Source of the DNA: Bacteroidia bacterium
GTDB taxonomy: Bacteria; Bacteroidota; Bacteroidia; M30B66
DNA: 64,000 nt
Reading direction: 5' to 3'
Assembly (NCBI GenBank): GCA_965279035.1
Contig: OZ257142.1
Span: 1,760,001-1,824,000, forward strand
The number at the start of each line of letters is the position of its first letter. Within the stretch, counting starts at the first letter, position 1. Under the pieces are notes generated by a model that made no database searches, was not told the origin of the DNA, and saw nothing but the letters and a program-made list of their open reading frames with translations. A program made the translations under genes and the position numbers. This document shows positions 30,637 to 40,600 of the stretch, one piece after another.

Positions 30637-31545
30637 TCATTCATGTTTGTCTGCGACGCCATACTTTCTTGTCTTGAAACACGCTTCGACAAGCTCAGCG
30701 TGCATGCAAAGAAATTCAAGTCTGGACGATGCTTCAACGCGCAATGCCATTTTTCGCCCTTTGTGCTAGTAGCTATATTTTTCTAAGGAATGGCGATACG
30801 CTGCCTCGCCGCCCAGACAGGCCATCGCACTAGATTCGTGTTTGCATCCTATTACTTGAGCTAGATTCTATTAACTGTATATCATTCAACTGTATTAGAA
30901 GCTGAATTTTCTATAATGTAAAAACGCTGTCTCACCGCTCAGACAAACTAGCACAAGTTCCGTAATAATCTCCCCTCTCCCCGAGGAGAGGGGCCGGGGG
31001 TGAGGTCTCCGCCCAGACAGGCCATCGCACTAGATTCGTGTTTGCATCCTATTACTTGAGCTAGATTCTATTAACTGTATATCATTCAACTGTATTAGAA
31101 GCTGAATTTTCTATAATGTGAAAACGCTGTCTCACCGCTCAGACAAACTAGCACAAGTTCCGTAATAATCTCCCCTCTCCCCGAGGAGATGGGCTGGGGG
31201 TGAGGTTGCCGCCCAGACAGGCCAACGCACTAGATCCGTGTTGGCATCCTAATACTTGAGCTAGATTCTATTAACTGTATATCATTCAACTGTATTAGAA
31301 GCTGAATTTTCTATAATATGAAAACGCTGTCTCACCGCTCAGACAAACTAGCACAAGTTCCGTAATAATCTCCCCTCTCTCGGAGGAGAGGGGCCGGGGG
31401 TGAGGTCACCGCTCGCTAGATTCGTGCTTTGCATTTAGGTTCTTTAGTGAAAAGGATTCAATTCAACTAAAATAAAACTCCCCTCTCCCCGAGGAGAGGG
31501 GCTGGGGGTGAGGTCACAACAAAGTTCCATTTCTAAACCTAATTT
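30637..31545 (+). repeat. Composite repeat locus: core modular repeat, 3 x 200-bp tandem units and a partial fourth unit
   Basis: Core with cttcgacaagctcag insert; gcccagacaggcca at 30811, 31011 and 31211; ccctctccc..ggagaggg-type REP hairpin in each unit and near 31480. Confidence 0.92.
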
Positions 31546-31564
31546 TAATAGATCAACAAACAGC

Positions 31565-31602
31565 AAAAAAAAAGCGCCCATTTCCTTCGAAATGGGCGCT
31601 TT
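31565..31602 (-). terminator. Rho-independent terminator of the giant T9SS gene
   Basis: aaagcgcccatttc / gaaatgggcgcttt with A9 tract (T tract on minus strand). Confidence 0.9.
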
Positions 31603-31619
31603 GATGAGCATATCTAAAT

Positions 31620-34600
31620 TTATTGTTTAAAGAACTTCAAAGCTTCCGCTTTTCCTTCGGCTTCGAAATTTACTTGGTAAATACCAGTAGGAAGTAAAGA
31701 TAAACTTAGCTTGAAATTACTTGCTTCCGGATGATCTGTTGCGTTCAATGGATAGCTTGCAATCAATTGTCCAACCGTGTTGAATACACGTAACTGCGCT
31801 TTTCCTTTGTATGCTGGTAATGTCACATTCACATTACCATCGTTCGGATTTGGGAACAGTTTCATGCTCGATCCACGTTCTTGACTCAATTCCTGTGGTT
31901 CTTCTTCGTTTGAAAGTCGCGCAAATACGGCAGAACCATTCAAGCAAATAACACCATCCACATCAAAACCATCCGCATCGGCTGCGGGGAAATCGCTGCG
32001 TAAACTGATGTCAGTAATTTTCACATACTGCGCCCAGCCCATGTTTGCTGCATCGAAATTGAAATCCGTATCGAGACAACCTTCACCCAAAATGCTATAA
32101 TTAGTGCCATCCTGAGAAATCGAAACGCGAATTCGTTCTTTGTAATTTCCACAACTTGGATTTCCGAAAGAGGTTTCCACGATTCGTAAATCATTGCCAG
32201 CTCCATTTGCAATTGGACCAGGGAATTTCACAATCAATTCACCTCCAAAACCAAGTGATAAGAAATTGATTGGCGCATTTTGACTGTCGTTATACTGCGG
32301 ATTTCCAAGGCAATTACTTTGTACCGAACGTGCAGCTAGTACATTACTCATATCCTTGCGTTTTCCTTGTGTGAACGAAACAATTTCCTGTACAGTACAT
32401 GATCCTGTTGGTTCTACAAAGATGGTTTTTTGTACACATGATGTGATTCCACAAGGACCTTCGGCTCTTACAAAATACGTGGTGTTTTGAGTTGGACTAA
32501 CAATTAAACTTGGTCCTGATCCCATGTAAACTCCCGTTCCACAAGCACCTTTATACCATTTCCATACAGCATCAGTTCCTAACATTCCTCCACTAACACT
32601 CAAGGCTACCGAAGCTCCAGAAGGAACCGAAGGCGATGAAGTATTAATTCCAGATGCGGCGATTGATGGAGTACGAACCGTTAGGATCAATTTAGCCAGT
32701 AAATTACATCCTTGTTCATTGGTGGTCAGTTTTGTATAGGTTCCCGGTTGAGAATACGACTGTCCATAGAATGTGTACGAGCTACCAGCACAAATGCTTT
32801 GGTTTACCGTTGATTGCATTGGATTCACCGTAATCACTTGGGTACGAATTCCAGATGAATTTCCACATGCATCTACTGCTTTCCATTTACGGGTGATGGT
32901 ATAAATTCCAGTAACAATACTTGGAGCACAGGTTACTGTCGAAATAACCACCATGCTTGGTGTTCCACAATTATCGGTCGCTGTAGGTGCATCAAATTGA
33001 GCAACGGTTGGACAGGTAATCGTTTTGTTAGGACCCGCATTGGAGATGATCGGATTACTGTAATCGTAAATCGTGATGACTTGAGTAAACACCGCACTCA
33101 CATTGTTGCAGGCATCTTTCGCCGTCCATGTATTGGTATAGATTCCACCGCAAACCGCACCACTAAATGCTCCAGTAGTTTTGGTGATGGTTACACTACC
33201 GTTGTTATCCGTTGCAATTGGTGCTAATGCTTGTGCAGCATTCAAATCGGCAGTATTACCACATTCAACCATACGGTTTAATGATCCAGCTGCACTTACC
33301 CAAATTGGAGCGCTTTGCTCAGTAAGGGTAATGACTTGCGTGAAGGTCGTACTTGAATTATTGCAAGCATCCTTCGCAACCCAGGTGTTGGTGTATGTTC
33401 CACCACAAGATGTTGGTGCAAATGTTCCAGCTGTTTTGGTGTACGTTACTTGACTGCAAAGATCACTTGCCTCAGGTGCTAAAGATTGAGCTAAAATAAG
33501 CGCCTGTTCGTTCGATACAGCCATTGTTCTGTTTAATGAACCAGCTGCACTAACCCATGTTGGAGCTGTATTATCGGTGATGGTAATCACTTGAGTGTAA
33601 ACCGTGCTGGCGTTATTGCAAGCATCACGAGCAATCCATGTATTGGTGTATGTTCCACCGCAGGCGGCAGCAACAAATTCACCTGGATATTTCGTTAAGA
33701 TAATTGAACCACAATTATCGGTAGCAATTGGCTGTAACACTTGAGCTGCATTGAGTGCGCTCGTATTACTGCAACTTACACTACGGTTTAGCGCGTTTGC
33801 CGCAGAAGTCCACGTTGGTGCAGCATCATCTGTTACTGTAATCACTTGCGTGAACACATCGCTTTGATTTCCGCAGGCATCGGACGTTGTGAAAGTATTG
33901 GTATACGTTCCACCACAGCTTGATGCGATGAATGATCCAGCGAATTTGTGAATTTCAAAATCCACCGCATCTACATTATCGCGCACATCTGGACGCATGG
34001 CTTGAACTGTAATTAATGCTTGCGCATTGCTGCACGAAACCGTTACATTGAGCGATCCTGCTTCACTTATCCATGTTGGATTTACATCATCCGTAATGGT
34101 AATTACTTGAACGAATTCAGTGGCGCTGCTGTTGTTGCAATCGTCTTTGGCTGTCCAACGGTTGGTATAGGTTCCACCGCAAGAAGCAAATTCAAATACA
34201 CCCGATGTTTTTACGTAGCTAACTGTTTCATCACAGTTATCGCTAGCACTTGGTGCCATTGCTTGAGCAGCAATTAAACCGCTAGTATCGCCGTAGGCAA
34301 TGCTGATATTTAAACTACCTGCGGCACTTGTCCATACAGGAGCTTCTTCATCCACAATGCTGATTACTTGAGTAAAGGCAAGGCTTTCGTTTCCACAAGC
34401 ATCTTTCGCGATAAAGGTATTGGTGTACGAACCACCGCAAGCAGCTGGAGCAAATACTCCTTCTGTTTTCGTAATAGTTACATCTCCACCACAATCATCG
34501 CCAGCAATAGGCTCTAGCGCTTGTGCTCCAGTTAAGCCAGCATGATCAGTACACGAAATAGTTCTATTCAATGAATTTGCAGCACTAGTCCATTCAGGAG

Positions 34601-37600
34601 CTTGAGTATCAGCAATGGTAATGACTTGCGTGAATGTTGAACTTGTATTTCCACAATCGTCCGAAACATACCAGGTGTTGGTATAGCTTCCGCTCAATCC
34701 ACAAGAACCAGCGACAAACGAACCCGATGTTTTATGATAGCTTAGATTTTCACATAAATCGAATGCAACTGGAGCAGTATTTTGGGCATTGGCCAAACCT
34801 TGTAAATCGGTGCAAGCCAAAGTAACATTCAAGGCATCTTCGGCAGTTGACCAAACTGGTTCTGCTCCATCAATATGTGTTTCGTAGCTGACAATGCCGC
34901 TATTGCCACAATTATCAGCCACCGTTACTGTAATAACAGCAGTGCATGTTCCTTCGGTTGATGCAGTTTTCGTTACATCACCAGCACAATTTCCTGCTGC
35001 AACTGTTGTAGCTTCGATGGCAGCCGCTTCTGCAGCCGCTCTGTTTGGATAACAACTTTCGATAGAACCTTTTGTTGCCACCGGTGCTTCGGCCGAAACA
35101 GGAATGCTTACCGATGCTTCATCACAATTGGAAGGGTTGAGGATTTCACAAATACGATAGGTCAAGGAATAGGTTCCTGAAGTCGTATTCGGAGCAACAA
35201 TCACATTCAATCCGCTTAAACTTACCGCAGGAATGCTCGAACTAACAAAGCTCAAAGTGACTTCAGATGGATTTACATCAGTTCCATTGAGACGGTCGTT
35301 CGAAAGCACATTGACGAATGCAGTTCCACCTGCAAATCCATTCACTGTTGAGCCAGCATCATCGTTTGCCACAATAGGGGCAGAGGTAATAGTACCGCTC
35401 ACTTGAGCTTCGTCGCAGTTTGTAGGATTGAGAATTTCACAGATTCTGTAAGTCAAAGAATACTGTCCAGCTGGAGTTCCTGGAGCTATTACCACGTTAT
35501 TTCCGCTCAGCGTAATTCCTGCATTGCTTGAACTAACAAAACTTAGCGTAATTTCGGATGGATTGACATTATTTCCATTCAATTGATCGTTCGATAACAC
35601 ATTGCTGAAAGCAGTTCCACCTTCATATCCATTGATAGAAGCTCCAGCATCATCGTTTGCTACGATGGCTGTATGGTTTACTGTGATGCTCACATCTGCA
35701 TCATCACAATTGCTTGGATTCATCACTTCGCAAATACGGTAGCTAAGCGTGTAATTTCCAGCAGGAGTTCCTGCAGCAACATTCACTGATGAACCTGAAA
35801 GTGTTATTCCAGCATGGCTTGCATTGAGGAACGTAAGTACCACATCACCTGCATTGACAGTAGATCCATTCAATTGATCATTCACCAAGACATTGCTCAC
35901 AGCTGTTCCACCAGTGTATCCATTTACTGGAATTCCTGAATCATCATTGGCTACAATGCTTGCTGCACTTACACTTACGCTCACACTTGCTTCGTCGCAT
36001 ACTGTAGGATTAGAAACTTCACAGATTCGGTAAACCAAACTGTAATCACCAGCCGGTGTTCCCGGAGAAACAACCACAGAAGTTCCGCTTAAGCCAATGT
36101 TGGAATTCGTAGAACTAACAAAACTGATCGTCACATCACCCGATTCAACCAAGGCACAATTCAATTGATCATTCAGTAGCACGTTTGCTAAGGAAGTTCC
36201 GCCAATAAAACCATTGACTGAATTTCCAGCATCATCGTTTGCAGCAATGACGCTATTCACAACCAAGCTCGTATGGCAGATACTTGGGTTTCCACAAGCA
36301 TCGGTAACCGTGATTGTAATTGTATGAGTTCCCGGTCCAACTGGAGTTCCAGCCGAAGGGTTTTGGATGATGTTGAGGTTCGATGATTCTGAACCATTGT
36401 CGTTGGCAACAATTCCAGATGTAAAATCAGGAACGAGTGCTTGACAACCAGCATTGGCATTGATTGTTTGCGTTGGGCTGCACTCAGTAATCGAAGGGCC
36501 CGTTTGATCACCAACAAGAATGACTTGAGTGAAGACAGCACTTTCGTTATTACATGCGTCTTTCGCAATCCATGTATTAGTATACGATCCAGAACCGCTG
36601 CATTCGCCTGCTGTAAAAGCACCTGGAGTTTTCACATAGGTTACATCAGTACAAACATCACTTGCAATTGGCGCCTGTGATTGTGCTGTTGCTAATGCTT
36701 GTGCATTTCCTGCTTCAACCGTTGTATTTAATGCGGTTGCAGAAGTAGTCCATGTTGGCGCTTGCTCATCGATGATTTGAATGACTTGTGTAAATACCAG
36801 ACTTTCATTTGAGCAATTGTCTTTAGCAATCCAGGTATTGGTATATGATCCAGTTGAACCACAAGAACCAGCTACAAATTCACCTGAAGTTTTGGTGTAG
36901 GTTACAGTTCCGCAATTATCGGTAGCTGTTGGTGCTAAACTTTGAGCTTGAGTTAATGCTGCTGTATTGCCACATTGAACTTGCGCGTTTAAAGAACCCG
37001 CCTGACTGAACCAGATTGGTGCAATATCGTCGGTGAGTGTGATGGTTTGTGTGAATGTGATGCTGCTATTATTGCATTCATCTTTCGCCACAAAGGTATT
37101 GGTGTATGTTCCGCCACAGGCTAGAGCTACATAGCTTCCTGTTGTTTTAGTCACATTCACTGTTCCGCCACAATTATCTGTAGCCGATGGCATCAATGCT
37201 TGAGCGGCAGTAATTCCATCGTCGTTGCTGCATGAAACAGAACGATCGAGAGAACCTGCAGTGCTTGTCCATGTTGGAGCTGATTCATCAATGATTTGTA
37301 TCACTTGAACAAATGAGCTGCTCACATTTCCACAGGCATCAGAGGCAGTCCAGCTATTGGTGTATGTTCCAGTAGAACCACAAGCGCCTGATATAAATAA
37401 TCCAGCAGTTCGTGTATAAGAAATTGTTCCTTCACAATTATCGTTAGCAACAGGTGATAAAGCCTGAGCGGCTGATAATCCAGCTGTATCGTTACACGCT
37501 ACTGATCTGTTTAAAGAATTAGCGGCTGAAGTCCATGTTGGTGCAGCATTATCGATGCGAGTTGAATACACGACCGATCCAGTATTTCCACATTCGTCAT

Positions 37601-40600
37601 TCACCGTTACCGTTACTTCGGCAGAGCAGGTTCCTACAACGCTAGCTGATTTAGAAATTTCTCCTGAGCAATTGGTTGCAGTAACTTGTGTAGCAGCAAT
37701 CGCGGCATTTTTAGCATCATTCACCGAAGAATAACAAGCTGCAATTTCGCCTTTACTTGCCACTGGTGGCGCTGCAATAACTGGAACACTTACGCTTGCT
37801 TCATCGCAATTGCTTGGATTAAGCAGTTCACAAATTCGGTAGTTTAAGGTGTAGTTTCCTGCGGTTGTTCCTGCAGCTACAATCACATTAGAACCACTGA
37901 GTGAAATACCCGGATTGCTTGCGTTTACCAAAGTAATCACAACATTTTCAGGTAGTACAGATGAGCCGTTAAGTTGGTCGTTTGATAAAATATTCACGAA
38001 CGAAGTTCCACCTAAGAAACCATTCACAGCCGAACCAGCATCGTTATTAGCAGCAATCGAAGCCGCCGAAACCGATACACTCACCGTTGCTTCATCACAA
38101 TTTGTTGGATTAAGCACTTCGCAAATACGATAGACGAGAGAGTAGGAGCCAGCAGGTGTTCCCGGAGCAACTTCAACAGCCGAACCACTAAGTGTAATTC
38201 CAGCATGACTAGCACTTACAAAAGAAGTAATGACTTCGGCAGGAATGACTGTAATGCCATTGAGTTTATCGTTCGAAAGAACATTTGAATTCGCCGTTCC
38301 ACCCGTGAAACCATTCACCGAAATTCCGGAATCGTCGTTTGCTTGAATAGGTGCAGCCGAAACCGGAACACTCACTGTAGCTTCGTCACAATTGCTTGGA
38401 TGTTGAACATCACAGATGCTATACGTCAGCGAATAAGTTCCAGCCAGTGTACCCGCAAGGACAGAAACACTTGAACCATTCAGAGTAATTCCAGCATGAG
38501 TAGAACTAACAAAACTTAAGGTAACATGCGCAGGATTTACCAACGAGCAATTGAGTGAATCGTTCGCTAAAACATCCGACAGAGAAACTCCGCCAGCATA
38601 ACCATTCACAGAATTTCCTGCATCATTTACTGCTGCAATTGGTCCTGAAACTATAAGATTACTTGTGCAGGTTTTGGTGTTTCCACAGGCATCTTTAACC
38701 GTGATGGTTATCGTATGCGTTCCCGGTGAAACAAGCGTTCCCGCTAAAGGTGATTGAGAAATACTGAGTGAATTTGTTGCAGTACAATTATCACTTGCTA
38801 CAATACCTGTTGTAAAATCTGGTACGATGCCTTTGCATGATGCATTGGAAGCTATGGTTTGATTAGGTGAACAAGTCGTTATTGTTGGAACAACATCGTC
38901 CGTTACCGTAATCACTTGCGTAAATGTAGCACTTTCATTGTTACAAGCATCTTTCGCAATCCAAGTTGTTGTGTATGTTCCACCACATGCTCCAGCAAGG
39001 AATTCTCCTCCGGATTTTACATAGCTTACTGTTCCACATAAATCGCTAGCCACAGGGCTAAGCAATTGTGCTGCAGCGATCGCTTGTGTATTACTGCATG
39101 AGATAGTTTGGTTTAAAGCTCCTGCAACCGTAGTCCATGTTGGAGCTAAGGCATCAATAACCGAAATAACCTGTGTGAAAGCAGTGCTCGTATTATTACA
39201 TGCATCTTTCGCAACCCATGAATTGGTGTAGGTTCCACTTAAACCGCATTGTCCGACTACAAAACTGCCTGATGTTTTGGTATACGTTACCGAACCACAA
39301 TTATCAGTAGCCGATGGTGCTAATCCTTGAGCCGCAGCTAATGCAGCAGCATCGTTGCAATCGACTGTACGATTTAAACTTTCAGCAATGCTTGTCCATG
39401 TTGGAGCTATTGCATCGGTAACAGTAATGACCTGAGTAAATATTCCACTGGCATTTAATGCTGCATCTTTCGCAATCCAAGTATTGGTATAGGTTCCGGT
39501 TGATCCACACGATCCAGCTACAAATACACCGGAAGTTTTGGTATAGGTTACGTTTCCACAATCGTCTGTTGCTACTGGTGCTAAGGCTTGAGCCGTTGCT
39601 AGTGCCGATGCATTACTACACGAAACTGAAGTATTTAAACTACCTGCGACACTCGTCCATGTAGGTGCATTATTGTCGGAATTTGTAATGCTTAAGTTGA
39701 CAGTAACAGCTGGACAAAGCGCTGCATCTCGAACTTGAACCTGATAATTTCCAGGAGTAAGTGAGGATGCCGTTGCTAATGTTCCACCCGAAGGTGACCA
39801 AGCATAGGTATAAGGACTTGTTCCTCCAACAGCCGTAACGGTTGCGCTACCTAAAGTTCCGCAGGTTACATTTGTTTGAGAGGTGATGGAAGCACTTAAA
39901 GCCGCCGAAGGTTGATTGATTTGAACGATTGCCGTTGCAATACATCCCGTTCCATCTTTCACCGAAACAGTGTATGTGCCGGTTGCTAAATTTGAAAATG
40001 CATGCGTTGATCCGTATGCTCCACTGTTAAAGCTGTATTCATAAGGAAGTGTTCCATTTGCACCAAGCGCAGAAAATGCTCCGGTTGATTGTCCAAAACA
40101 GCTCACATGCGTGACTCCACTTGTGCTAATGCTCAAATTGGAGGTATTACTAACAATTGCATTCGCCGAAAACGTACAACCATTTGCATCGGTTACTACT
40201 ACCGAGTAAGGACCAGCAGACAATCCGCTCGCACTTGCCGTTGTAGCACCCGAAGACCATAAATAGGTATAAGGTGATGTTCCGCCAGAAGCTGTTACCG
40301 TGGCTATTCCGTTACTTCCTCCGCAGGTTGCATTGGTAGAACCCGTTGTTGCTGATAATGCAGCCGATGGTTGTGTAACTGTATGAGTAGCACTTGCCGA
40401 ACATCCACTTGCATCCGTACATGTGATGACATACGAACCGGGTTGTAAGTTCGAAATGGTTGCTACAGTAGAAATAACAGTGTTGTTCCCTTGTCGTTTC
40501 CAACTGTAAGTGTATGGTGCTGTTCCATCGGGCGTAGCCGTAATAGAACCGTTGTTCAAGCCATAACAACTAACATTGGTAATGTTAGCGGGAACACTCA

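Noticed and set aside
30587-30769. Short ORFs here and at 49804-50040 and 53985-54200
   Set aside because: They fall in repeat or structured elements, and the frames are not preserved between repeat copies
30811-31410. Regularly spaced palindromes as a CRISPR array
   Set aside because: The intervening sequences are near-identical rather than unique spacers, the period is 200 bp and no cas genes are present
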